Part shown: positions 24,701 through 39,933 of the stretch, one piece after another
How the letters are laid out: each line of letters starts with the position of its first letter
Position numbering within the stretch: the first letter of the stretch is position 1
Assembly (NCBI GenBank): GCA_037447605.1
Contig: CM074813.1
Coordinates: 3,162,001-3,226,000, forward strand
DNA length: 64,000 bases
Direction: 5' to 3'
Source: Zygnema circumcarinatum SAG 698-1b
Lineage: Eukaryota; Plantae; Zygnematophyceae
Notes under the pieces: generated by a model
The model's database searches: none
Told to the model about the DNA's origin: nothing
The model's input: only the letters and a program-made list of their open reading frames with translations
Program-made: the position numbers and the translations under genes

Positions 24701-27700
24701 TGGCAGTCTGATCACTCCCCCCCTCCAACCCTCGTCAACTTTCTTTAATAAACTCAGTGAGGTGTAGTTAACTCCATAGCATGTCATACATCCTCACTCG
24801 GCAGACAAGTAGCGACATGTCCAAGAGACCCCCTTCATTCAGCTCAACCCCGTGCTTGAAAAGCGGAGGCTCATTACCAACCTGCTGAGACAGTCGTCGC
24901 GGTCGAAAAAGTTCCTCTTCTTCATCACTTTCTTCTTGTTCATCTCCGAAGGCTCCCCCATTCCTCTCTTCACGCCCGCGCTTTCCAGGATCCCCATATA
25001 CAACTTCCATGAGGTTCAACCTCTTCCCAAATGTTTCGGCCGCCCGAGCGAGCAGTCCCTCCTTCCACTGAGCTCCCGACACCTCCTTCCTTCCCTCCCC
25101 ATCCAATTCCATTGCTGCCTCTGCAGCCTCTGCTGCCTCTTCAAGCTCCGCACGTGTGGGTCCTTCCTCGAGATCCTTACTTTCACGCTTTACTCTGTGA
25201 ATCTGCCCCCGCTCCTTCCTCATAGTCTGCAAACTCTTCTCTGCTACGGCTACACTGTCGTGTTTTTCCTCAATTTCTCCTTCTTCTTCCTCCTCCCCTT
25301 GTTCTTGTCCCTGATCACTTTCTACTTCTTCGTCTTCTTTTACGTCGTCTTCTTCGTCATCATCATCATCATCATTATCTCCTTCGTCTCCTTCCTCCCC
25401 CTCCTCCTCTTCATCCTCCTTTTCGTTGTCTTCTTCTGAGTTTCCCCTCGCTAGTTGTGTATTTGAATAGTTAGATGCACCTTTATACCCTTCCTCGTCT
25501 TGGCTTTCTTCATCAGCCGAGCCCTCAAATATCATTTTCTCATCTCCTTCCCCTGCCGTAGTCTCCCCGCCCTCCTCGTCAGCAAAAACAGCCCGTCTCC
25601 TAACCCTCTCTCCCTCTCCCACTACCAACTCCCGTGGAATGCTTCGACCTGCATGCTTTTTAACCATCTCAGCCAACCCATTCCCATCCGCCCCCCACCC
25701 TTCATCGTCCTCCATGTCTTCTGGTAACCTGTCGCTCTCCTCTTCGTCCTCCTCCTTTTCCTCCTCCTCTTCCTCCTCCTCCTCCTCCTCCTCCTCCACC
25801 TCCTCCTCCTCCTCCTCCTCCTCCTCCTCCTCCTNNNNNNNNNNTCCTCCTCCTCCTCCTCCTCCTCCTCCTCCTCCTCCTCTTCCTCCTCCTCCTCCTC
25901 CTCCTTCTCAAGAAGGGCAATCGGCGAGTGCCCCTTGAACAGTGAGATGGAGCCGCGCTGCAGTTTCTCATCGATGGTGAGCTGCGTGTTCTGCAGGCTC
26001 TGAACCATCTCCTCGCCGACATCTCTTTCTGCGCAGTGATACCCATCATCATCATCATCTACCCGCAGCAGACCACTGCGTGAGTCAAACCAGACACTAT
26101 CATTGGAGGAGCCCGTGTCCTCATAGCCCCAGCTTCTCACTATATTGCGTCAGCAGCGCTGACGCATTGCAGTTCCCTGGCCAACGCTGAAACTTAAGGA
26201 AAACTATAAGCTCAAACAAGCTGAATTAGGCAAAAAAACCAGCAGCAATAGTTAACTTCAAACAAGTTCAATACTCACCCTTTTTTCCTGGTGCACCGTC
26301 CATTGGTCCTTCATCTCCATCTTCGTCCGCTTCGAGCCCCTCTCGCTTACTGTACTGCACCTGATGGTTGCTGATGTTGATGTACACTGCGTCCTTGTCG
26401 TACAACATTTCACCCACATCTGAAAGAGGAGCATAGAGCAGCCTCTCCTTTTCATTCAGCCCTCTCTTCTTTATGGTGGAGGGAAGAGGGCAAGGGTCCG
26501 GGAGAGCTGTGATGGCCGCCACGTCACAGTCGCCGACTCCGGCAATGTGTACCTGGCAGGGCGAGAAGGCGAAGGAGAGTGTGTGAGAGAAAGTGAAAGA
26601 ACACGCGAGATTGGGCAATGAAAGCAAGCAGGTTCTACAACAAGAGCCATTCCCTTGGTTCCAAAATTATACTCAATGAAAACTGAATTTACCAACACGA
26701 ATGAAAAAGTCCATGACTGCGTCTGCTCACCCGAGTGCCCTCCTTGAGATTTGCGCCCCTCAAGTATCCGTACAAAGTCACGTTCCGATCCGCCTTCGCG
26801 TTTGCCCTCACCGTCTCCGCGTCCGTGACGTCCTCCACGCGGTCCGCCAGGACGTAGCCGTGGGACGCTCGCCACGACAAGGGCCGAAACTTTGCGACGG
26901 AAATGAAGCGAGCTAAGTTCAGCACTTCGCGCTTGGGATATCTGCGCACCTCCAAGGACGAGAACAACTGTCACTCAGAACTTTTCCTTGAGGCGGAACA
27001 AGTGGGCGACAGACGACCTCTTGAGAATTATGGGAATAAAGTAAAACTGAGAAAGGGACGTGTAGGTAGCAAGAGAGGCTGTATAACCATTTGCTGCCTT
27101 GCACACCGTTGAGCGGCCGGTAGCCTTTAGCCCAAGCAGGTGTAGGACAAACAAAAAAGAGAGGAGGAGAGGGAAAGGGATACGAACAGGGACGGCAGGG
27201 ACACAGAGAGTTCGACAGGAGTGGATAAAGGGTGAGTAGACAAAGGGTAGACGAGAGAAGGGGAGACAAGAAGGCCATCCTCTCCCAAAAAACAAGCAAT
27301 CTCTTTAAACCCTAATGATTCTAAAATTCTACAAATGGTAAAGGAGTCAGTTAAGAACGCTTGGAAATCAGTTCACAAAAAAATTGCCTTTAGACGAAGG
27401 TAGCCAACCTTTCATGGAGGATCCCTGATAGGTAAAACAGTTTAGCTCCGTCATAAATCTCGGTCCAGAATCGCTGCTTCAGCTGCTTCTTCGTCTTTCG
27501 AAGCTTGGAAGCGTCTTTGAATGAGTCGAGGTGCGTGAGGACTCCCATAACCTTCGGAAACCCGTGGACTTGCATGATGTTCAAGAACTCAAAAGTTTCC
27601 TGCATCCTTTTTCCAATGAAAGCCATGAACATAAGCATACAGAAGCACCACTCTAAGTGGATACCTTCTCACTCAATAATCCCTCAACCTTAGCGCTTTT

Positions 27701-30007
27701 CTCAACCTTACCACTCGTCTACATTGATACCGTTCTATAATGCCAGCTACACTAGTAAACAATAACCGAGGTATAACTTTTCCAGTAATCACGATTGAGC
27801 CAACGAAGAAAATCCTCGCGAAAAAGATGTATGACAGATAATACTTCTATTTCCAGTATCGAACCGCGCATAACTTGATACGCACACGGCCATAAATGGC
27901 CCCACTAAGCAGTTTCAGACGTGTCCGTGCGCTAACTTCATATAGAAATGATTTTTCTGCCAATGCTATCTACTTAAAAAGAGATGTATACATCCCCACT
28001 TCATGCATACACGTCCAAACACACACGCTATCAAAAGACCTGATTTGGGGGTCTGTGTCGCACCAACCCATCACACATGTTGTTTAAGCCAGTCATAGCT
28101 GATGGGAGGGATGTAACTGCAGGGTGGACGTGCATGGCATCACATCAGGTTGGCAATGGACCGCGAAACATGAACAGGTTATGCGACAATATACAACGCA
28201 CCATCTCAAACCCGAAGCTGCCGTCAATGAGCAGCAGAACGAGATCGGCGAACTTCGCGGCATCGATCATAGCGTTCACATCATTCACACACTCCACAAA
28301 TTGCAACCTTCGTTTCTTTCCTGCACCCAAATACCATGTATCAGGCCAAGGGAATGTCTTTGCAAACCTTAAAAGACCCAAAACGATATCGCTGGGATGA
28401 TTCTGCATTCCTGGTTTGTTTCAACCATATGCAAGTGAACAATGGACAGAAGGAGGGAACTGTACCTGAGACAACGGTGATGGGACCGCGGACATCCGAC
28501 AAGTTGTGCTTAGTGTAGTGCTTGATAAGGGATTGAATCACACGTGTCTTACCCACCTGCAACCAAAACAGCATCCACCAATCACATAAGATAAGCAAAG
28601 ATCAGAGTGCTGATGTACAGATGTGCATAAGGCAGATTCAAATGTGATAAGGGGACGGACAACCAAGGGAGGTTCTGACTATCCCCACAACAAACTCATG
28701 CATCAAAGCAATCAGTATGCACCCCAGCTAATAGCACAGTAAAGTTCAGAAATAGAGATCAAGACCAAATTTGAATAGGGATTCACTAAAGAACGTAGCT
28801 CAAACACATACTCGATCATCACGTTCATAGATAGCAAATGCCGGACGCGAGAGGACACAAAAGATATAGAAACAAAGAGAGGGACGACACCTGGGGGGGG
28901 CCCTGAACCACAACCACATAAGGAGGTGGTTCGTCAGGGGTGCGATCAATAGTTGGAAGATGTAACCGTTTTTGCTCCTTTTCGGCAGTACGGGCTTGAG
29001 CCTTATGTGCACGGCGAGCAGATCTAAAGGTAAATGCCTGAACCATAATGACAATAACAACAGCGAACAATTAATAGTGAAATGACATCCAGCAGAGCGT
29101 CACATTGGTGGCGATGAAGTGCGTGTCCTGACCTGCCTGTGTACGTGACCAATGTCAAGACAACGAAGGTTCGTTTGCATAGGTTATTTGTATGCATGTA
29201 CTTATCCTGGGTCAAAGGAGGGGCTACAACATAATGATCGGCTTAATAGGAACATTGATTAAAAACTTGAGTAAGAGGTTGCAATATTCATGTAAATCAT
29301 CAAAAACAGAACACACCAAACTCCTCCGTGCCGAGAGTGAAGGAGTCCAAACATGCCAATAATTATATGGGCCTCCAAAGTAGACAATCAGTTTAAGCCA
29401 CAAGCCGAACAATGCAATTACAGTCATGTAGGCTAAGCGATATGGTTTCTCGATCGTGTGAAGACTCATGAATGCCTCTACATGCATCATGTCAATGAGA
29501 CCCGTGGGTTCGCCATTGTGGAGCATCTCTTTGGCTAGTTGCCGTCTTTGGCTATTAGTTTACTGATCATGGCAAGAATTTCATACTCTTGTGGTCTAAT
29601 CGTCAAGTTGTGGAAGGGAAAAGTCTGTGTTGCATACGCTCGTAATTCTTCTGTTGTAAAACTTAACGTTTGCTGTCTTTAGACAGGCGTAATTAAGGGA
29701 AGCCCAGTGAAAGAGCGGGTGGGAGGACACAAGCGGGTAGAGGAAAAGGAGTGGTAAACGAAGAAGAGACTAAACCCTCAGTAATAAGAGTGAGCTGACT
29801 GACCTTGGGATTCACGCTCTTCTCCGCTGGAACCCCTCGCTTCTTCTTGTCTCCCGCCTTCTTCTTTTCGGCTGCAGGGCCCGACTTTGGCATTCTATGG
29901 CTCTTCTTCGGCCCCTCCCCCGCCTTGCTGCCAGCCTTCACAGCCATAGACGCCGCCATGGCTGCTCCAGCACGACCGCCCGTGATCTTCTCCCTTCGTC
30001 CTGCCAT
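18735..30007 (-). CDS. BMS1: Ribosome biogenesis GTPase BMS1 (40S assembly), many exons; the model is disturbed by two gaps and a duplicated segment
   Basis: [70 protein letters not shown], acidic Glu/Asp tract, [34 protein letters not shown]-like [29 protein letters not shown]. Confidence 0.96.
19942..23913. repeat. Apparently exact 1981-bp direct duplication (19942-21922 and 21933-23913) separated by a 10-N gap
   Basis: Identical ORFs recur at a constant 1991-bp offset; exons and introns match wherever compared. Confidence 0.95.
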
Positions 30008-30124
30008 GGTTCCTTCAAGCTGAAGTCCCGTCACAAGTGCAGCTCAAGCAGAGCGCTTTGCGCAGTGCAGCCTGCCGCTCGCTGCACAAGTCACACCACA
30101 CCCCCAAGTCCAAGCGCTGAGGCT

Positions 30125-30172
30125 GAGCCCCTCAGCCCCTCAGCCCCTCAGCCCTGAGCCCCTGAGCCCTGA
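30125..30172. repeat. (CTCAGCCC/CTGAGCCC)n 8-bp tandem repeat in the BMS1-FKBP17-1 divergent intergenic region
   Basis: Directly visible, about 6 units. Confidence 0.85.
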
Positions 30173-30506
30173 GGTGCCCACTGGCCAGCGGGGAGGAGTC
30201 AGAGCCCGGTGGCGCCTGGAGCCATTGCGAGCGCCTTCCCCGTCTGCCCCCGCCTGCAGCCGCCCTTGGCAGCCCCTCTCCCTCCCTCCCTCCCTCGCCA
30301 CGCGCCGCCGACACATTGGAGGCCGCGTTTAGGGTGAGAGCGGGGCCGCGGGCGGGGAGGCGGCACGGAGTCTTCCCTGCCCATGCTGTCGCCGCTCCTG
30401 CATCTGCTGCCAGCTGTTTGCAAATAACTCCAGCGGCCCTCATTACCGTGGTAGCATTAGATTTTCGTTTCTGTATGCAGTGTATGAGGCGTCCGAAAGT
30501 GCAGCA

Positions 30507-32826
30507 ATGACGGCAATTGCGGAGAGTGCTTCCATTTTGCCATGGACTTCCCGTCATAACTCTCCTTTTGATAGACGAAGTCACACAGTAAGCTGCATCG
30601 CATCTCAGATTGAAACGAACAAGCAGACTCCAAACAGGTGTCAAACAACTCGCTGCATCAGCTCGGAATTCCAGGCTGGAAGAAGAGTTCAAGCAAACGG
30701 AAAGCATGGAACGCTGCAGCATGTCTCGCTTGTTTCTCGTAAGAGTAATTTCACCGAAATCATTAATGCTTGCAAATCTTCACGGGGAATCAAGGTGCAG
30801 CACCAGCAGCTTAACATTGTACGCTCGTGTAATAGCACAGATGAGGGGCATCATCCTTGTCATCTTCATGTGGACAAGAAGTTCCATGAATGTTTTCCCG
30901 CCACGGAGAACGATTCTCGTGACCCTAGGCGTACTGAATTTGAGCTTTTGGCTCTGAAACGGAGCAAGCGGGCGGTTCTAGTTTCTGCATGCGTGTTGGT
31001 TGCAGCGACTGCCTTTTTACCTCACTCGGAGAAATCATCAATCAGTGAGGCGATAGAACTGAAGGAAGAAAGTAATAGGAAACCTGCGTTTCAAGAATCG
31101 GAGAATGGCGTCTCCGTGCTTGACATTTTGAATGGCAATGGCCCAGTGCCCAAAGATGGCGACTTGGTGAGCTGAAACAACTTAAGCTTGAAGTCTTTTT
31201 GCCTTGCTTTTCGTTTTCGACCATTTGGACGCCGTTGTTCCATGCAAGCTGCAGCAGAAATCGTTACTGTATGCTAACGTTAGATAAGCTGCTGTTTGGT
31301 GATTCAGCACAAATTGCTTGCTGTCAAAATTGGCTGAGGGCGACCTGTCAAACTGGAATGTTTTGCATCAGGAAAACCAATGTTGGGAATTGAAGGCGAG
31401 TGCTTTCTGCATGTTTCATGAGTAAGGGGGGAATGTTGTAATCGATGTTTTGGATATGAAAATCCTTCACGACTGGGCTTTTTGGTAGATTGTTATTATG
31501 GAAGGACCTCCATGTAGCTGAAGTGACAATTGTTCAAGATAGCTCTGGCACTTCATATGCTATCGTGTCTGACCAATTTTCCTTGCCGGTTATCCACTGC
31601 AAACATACTCTGAAATCTCAGTACTTATTTAATTCTTCCTTGGTTTTTTAGGAAACTTCGATAAGGCACTATGGCCCGTAAAATTTTCTTCTTTTCTAGT
31701 AAAGCGAGACCACTTTCTAACTGGCGGTATTTCCAGGTGGCAATTCATTACTATGGCAGACTTGCAGCCAAGCAGGGATGGAGATTCGATTCCACTTATG
31801 ACCATAAAGATGCAGATGGCGCTCCTCAACCCTTTGAATTTATCGTCGGATCCCCTTCCGTAAGCATTAGACCTTAATAACTTACCTCTGCATCGTAAAC
31901 ATGAAACCCTTCTCCACTTCCCTCTTTTGGTGCTTGCTGCCGTTTTTCGAATAGAGAGCAAGCAGAGGATGTTGCAGCTGGAAAAATAAGTGGCTCGCTT
32001 GTTAACAAACAGCTGCAAACCTTTCTGCATTGTGACCTTTTGTGGTAAAAAAATCTTTCTTCATGAAGTTGACTCCAACTGTCTGACTGTCAAACAATGA
32101 CGAAGGAAAAGAAGAGAATTGAAGTTTCCTGTTCCGATGTGATCTTTAGGTCATTGGTGGCCTCAACATTGCAGTGAAGGGCATGAAGGTTGGAGGAACC
32201 CGCCGAGCTATCATTCCTCCAAATCAGGGCTATCAGAGCACTTCAGATGAACCGATCCCACCCAATGTATGTACCTTCAGCGCCTTCGTTCCTCACCAGA
32301 TTGTTTTGCAAAAAAGATATGTTAGTTTTTGTGGGGGGCGAATGAGTCTCACAACGGCCTAGGCCTTGCCGACGAGACTCCGCTGCTTTACATTGTGAAC
32401 CCCATCTGCGTTGTTGTCTCACAAACTTGACAGTTCAGTCTAATGTTCTGAGTGATGGTTATCTGATTGGGCATGCTTATTTCCTCAGCACGTCCATTTA
32501 GTGTGATGTTGGATGCCAATTTTCTTTGAGTACCGTCTAACAGGTATGTAGATATCTATAGCGACTCACTTTGAGGTGGAGAGTCTTCCTGGACGAACGC
32601 CAGCGTTATATTCAGATTGTTAAGGTTGGAGTGCTGCACCATGGTATTGTCAAATACGCTTAGAAAGCTTGTTCACGCAGTCACATTTCCCTGTGTTCAG
32701 TTTTTTGACAGGCAAAGATTGTTTACCACCATTTTTAACCCCACACGCATACAAAATGGCGAGGGATCTACCCTTGGAACACTTGTGTTTGACATTCAAC
32801 TCTTGGGAATTCGCCGCCCCGCGTAA
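30507..32826 (+). CDS. FKBP17-1: Thylakoid-lumen FKBP-type peptidyl-prolyl isomerase FKBP17-1; start codon uncertain
   Basis: VAIHYYGRLAAKQGWRFDSTYDHKD, GMKVGGTRRAIIPPNQGYQ and FFDRQRLFTTIFNPTR..NGEGSTLGTLVFDI are diagnostic of plant FKBP17-1; long transit-like first exon with a hydrophobic segment. Confidence 0.92.
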
Positions 32827-34240
32827 GTGGTCAGCTGCAACACAGCGGGCGCATCGCGCGCTTCTGGCGATCCTACTTGCAGAAAGCAGTTAGACTGCGC
32901 AGCGAGGAGGGAAAGTATGGAATGAAAGGTACTGTTCAAAACATTGAACAAAAATAGGTACTTCGGCATTGACATTAACATTGCAGCAGGTGCTTCTCAA
33001 GACGTCCGTAAGTTCAAGTATCCCCTTTCTATCATGTGCATTTGTTTGATCGTTTTATTTTCTACGGAGGTTGTCTTACTGAAAACATAAAGTTAGAGAA
33101 TCCCCGGTGACATTTTTTTAAGCGCGTTTTTCCATTGAGGATACTGCTATTCTGCGTTCAGAATAGCTGCTGCGTCTTATGGTTATGGGCGATGCTGAGT
33201 CACCGCATCTAAAGTAGTGTCGAAATGTGCAGTGTCGCAGTGTCTAGCATCCGCTTATTTTGCCGAACAATGCATTGCTCCCTAGAAGCATCCTTTTTTC
33301 TGTATGCTCTATCTCAGTGAGCTGCTCAGCGCTCAGCGACAACAAGGTGTGTCTCCCTGTTTGGAGGACAGTGTTGCAGCTCTCTCCTCTCGGAAGCATC
33401 GATACCGACAACAATATGCTCCAAACAGTGGCGGAGTCCAGCAGTACACGGCTGGAAATGCTTCAAAGACTAAGTTGAGGGTTACGCACTGGTAGAGCAG
33501 AAACAACGGCCTTCTCCTAGGAACACTCGTTACCGGACTAAATGGCTTAATTTCGTGATCAGAACGTGAGATGGGAGGTAGGTGCGTTTGGCGCTACGGC
33601 TCAGCTTTTGGCATTCTTGAGAACTCCTTTCAAGTTTGCCCACGAGAGACGGACATCCTTCGTGGAAATCAGTCGTCAGACGTTGCCGCTTTCAGGCTGT
33701 GAGATACCAAGAATGTGTGACGACCGTGCATCCGGTAACAAGAAACCGTGCTGAGCGAAAATGGGCCAATGCAGGAAAGTGTAAAATGCAATTCTATTCA
33801 GAGAAGACTGCTGTCTTTTTGCCTCTCGAGGGTGATTCTCTCGCAGCCGTCATTGAAGAGCCGCCTGTAGAAAAGACGCAGTTTAGGAGTCCACAAAATG
33901 TGAAACATCTTATGAACCGCCGATATCCACCACCATGGCGCCCACGTGGCGGGACCCCTCCCGCGCGGACCAACTTCACAACCCTTCCAATTTCAGGAGC
34001 CAACAGTAGGCGGCACAGACATGAGAGTGTACCCACGCAGAATATTATCAGACGTTATTACTTCAGTTAGGTACCACCCATTCTTAAAGACAATGCCAAC
34101 CTCTTTTTGTTTATTCCTCTCCTTCTGCAGACTTGAAACGAGGGCGAAATAGTGACAAGTAAGAAAATCGAAGTAGATTTGGAGTTTCTCGAGCCTGCGA
34201 AAACGCCTGGTGCGTGCAGGGCCGGAGACGGCTGGAGAGG

Positions 34241-37107
<2,867 letters not shown>

Positions 37108-37417
37108 GGCTCGCACTCCCTCCCTCCCTGCGCGGGTACCCGGAACTCGACGGCGGAAACGAATGGAAGGCTCGCTCCCTCGATCTCCCTCTCTCCCTCT
37201 CTCCCTCTCTGTCTCTCGCGTGAAGTGACGGCAGGAGTAGCTCTGCGAGCCAAGGCAGTGAGCGAGAACACTTGGAGGGATGAGAAGACGAGGAGCGGCC
37301 GGCGGTGGGCTTAGAGCCGGCGGTGCCTTGGATGGTTGTCGAGGCCAATTTTCAGCGCAGCACTGCTCACTGCAGCACTGCCGCCTTTTGATTTATGGCC
37401 GTGGTCTCGCTTCTGTC

Positions 37418-37477
37418 GAGAGAGAGAGCGAGAGAGAGAGAAAGAGAGAGGGAGAGAGAGAGGGAGAGAGAGAGAGA

Positions 37478-37523
<46 letters not shown>

Positions 37524-37571
37524 GAGAGAGCGAGAGCGAGAGCGAGAGCGAGAGAGAGAGCNNNNNNNNNN

Positions 37572-37618
<47 letters not shown>

Positions 37619-37650
37619 GAGAGCGAACGCGTGCCCAGAGAGAGAGAGTG
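37418..37650. repeat. (GA)n microsatellite with a gap, in the PUR7/orphan divergent promoter region
   Basis: Directly visible. Confidence 0.95.
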
Positions 37651-37932
37651 AGAGAACAACTCACAGCGCCGCTGCCTGGCGACCGCCCTCACTCGTCCGT
37701 GGTCACTCGGCGCCGCGTAATGTCCGTCCGTCCGCTTGTGGGCACAAAAACGCGAGGGTGGCGTCACTTCATCCGCGCCGGCAAGCTGCACCGGTGCGGT
37801 GACGTCAGCACTCCTGCAAGAGCGCGTCCATGGCGGGCGCTAGGTCGGCGGGCAGTCGAGCGCATCCGGCCATGGCGGCGCACCCCGCCGCACCTTCCCT
37901 CTGCGTCACCGGGGAGTGACCACGTGGCAGCC

Positions 37933-39478
37933 ATGGCGGCCCGCTACGCCGGCCCGCCTGAGAGCGGGCGCATCTTTCAGAAGGCGCTGGACCTCCTCTC
38001 CTCGTCCGCGCCCGAGAGCGAGGTGGAGCTTCTGGAGCTCTGCAAGAAGGCGCGGAAAGACTCGCAGATTGCAGTGGCCGCAGGCCCCCCTGCGCCTCCG
38101 CTCGCAGCTCCTCCCTCTTTGAAGCGTCCGCGTGCAAGTGTGTTCTTGCCCATCTGCTCATTTTGTCTTCACGATCGTACGATGTTCCGTTTTTCTTCTT
38201 CTCCTCACCCGTTTCTTTTTTTTTTCTGACAAAGGGAAGACAATAAAGTGTGAATCTGCAGGAATAGCTCCAGTCCCAATTCTTGCTTGCCGATGAAGGA
38301 AGAAAGCAATAGCTCGAATAACCGAGAGAAAGGTTATAAGGAAATAGGGTCACCAGCCTCGTATGGGTGAATTCAAGAACAACTATGTAAAGCCTCGTTT
38401 TCATGTGGTTAATTACTGCCTCTTTTTTGTCTACAGAATTCTGACCACTCCGTTCCCCTTCCCTACCCTCTCCACACACCTCTTTCGCTCCCTCCCTCTC
38501 CCTCTTTCTCTCTCCCTCCCTCCCTCCCTCTCCCTCTTTCTCTCTCCCTCCCGCCCTCCCTCTACACCTCTCCCTTTTCCTGTCCCCCTCCCCCCCCCTC
38601 CCCTCCGCGCGTCGTCATCCCTCTCTCCCTCTCCCCCTTCCTTCCCCCCTCCCCCCATCTCCCCTCTCCCCCTCTCCCCCTCNNNNNNNNNNATCCCCCT
38701 CCCCCTCCTCCTCCCCCTCCCCCTCTCCCCCTCTCCCCCTCCCCCTCTTCCCCCCCTCTTCCCTCTCCCCTCTTCCGCCCCGCCCACTCTCTCTTCTCCT
38801 CTTCCTCACTAACATACTCTCCCACCTTCCGGCTTTCTCACTGTCATTGTCGTTGGCGTGTTGGACCAGCTCAAGCAGCAACCTCAAGCCTATCTAGTTG
38901 GAGTGCCGCTGATTCGTCGCAATCCGGAGTAAGTAATGAAACATGTGACTTCAAAGAGAATGAAACCATGTATCTTTCAATAGACATCCAAATGACACGA
39001 TTTTTTAAAGAAGCACCGCTTTTGCTTGGCAGTTCGAAGCTAGGAGGCACATGCAATGTTGAGCCTCGCCAAGTTTGTTTTAGCTATGTTTTCGACCAGT
39101 TGCTAGGATCGTAATCGAGACAGAGATACATATCTCTGTCGATACGGTTCTGGCATGGCATTTTTGTAATTACACGCAACGCATACACAAAGAGGCAGCT
39201 ACCGATATTAAATCATGTCAACATCCGAATCACTTCTTTCCCAATCAAGATGTTCTGAACGCATCACACGCTGTGCGTGCCTTGCGCAGGTTGGCCGAGC
39301 ACAAAGTGGGCACGCGGTAGAAGGGGGCCCCGCTGCACCTTCCTCTGCGGCCGCTCCTCTGAAGGGCTCCAACCAGGCGGCCGCCAAGGGCCTTGCGCAG
39401 ACGCGCCTCATTAATCCTCTCAAAGGCACAGCGAGAGGCGGCCGCCCGGACCGCGCCAAGCGCCGCCCTGCGCGGTGA
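37933..39478 (+). CDS. Small orphan spliced gene, about 150 aa (exons 37933-38137, 38870-38928, 39290-39478; may continue via a donor at 39475); N-terminus resembles the IntS12 microdomain
   Basis: GCCATGG start; phase-compatible junctions (phase 1, then phase 0 at a GTAAGT donor); N-terminus GRIFQKALDLLSSSAPESEVELLELCKK; remainder low-complexity. Confidence 0.5.
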
Positions 39479-39933
39479 GCCGACTGACAGGAGGCGGACT
39501 CGCGGCATTCGCTTCTACAGGGAGCGGGCTACGTCTGCGATTGCGGTGCAGTTTGCACCTGCTCGAGTTCCACTTACGGAGTTACACAGTCAGCCAACCA
39601 ATCTTGACCTAGTTTTCAACTTGCAATCTAGTATAATAAATTTGGTGAGTAAAAATCGGTGTTTCTGTGAGCAACAGCGGGTACATAATATTATTCCAAT
39701 GGCTGCTCTGATTGTGCTGCGCGGTTCTCATGTGCTCTGTTGGCCGCACACCTATGCACTGTCATGGGCCAACGGCAGCCTCAAACCACTGGAGAAGAAG
39801 CGAAGCCTTGTGAGGCCAATCTGTACAAGGTCGAGCTTCCTTCCGGAAGCACATGTACTTGCGGCTTGCAGTTGGCAGGTGGGAACTGAACTGAGGGGCC
39901 ACAGCGTTTGTCTCGTCGTTTTGCGCAAGCGGT

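Noticed and set aside
29224-29526. 100-aa ORF in BMS1 intron 1
   Set aside because: No homology or splice support; consistent with a chance ORF
26034-29790. Possible intronic snoRNAs in BMS1
   Set aside because: No properly spaced C (RUGAUGA) and D (CUGA) boxes with a terminal stem were found in the introns inspected
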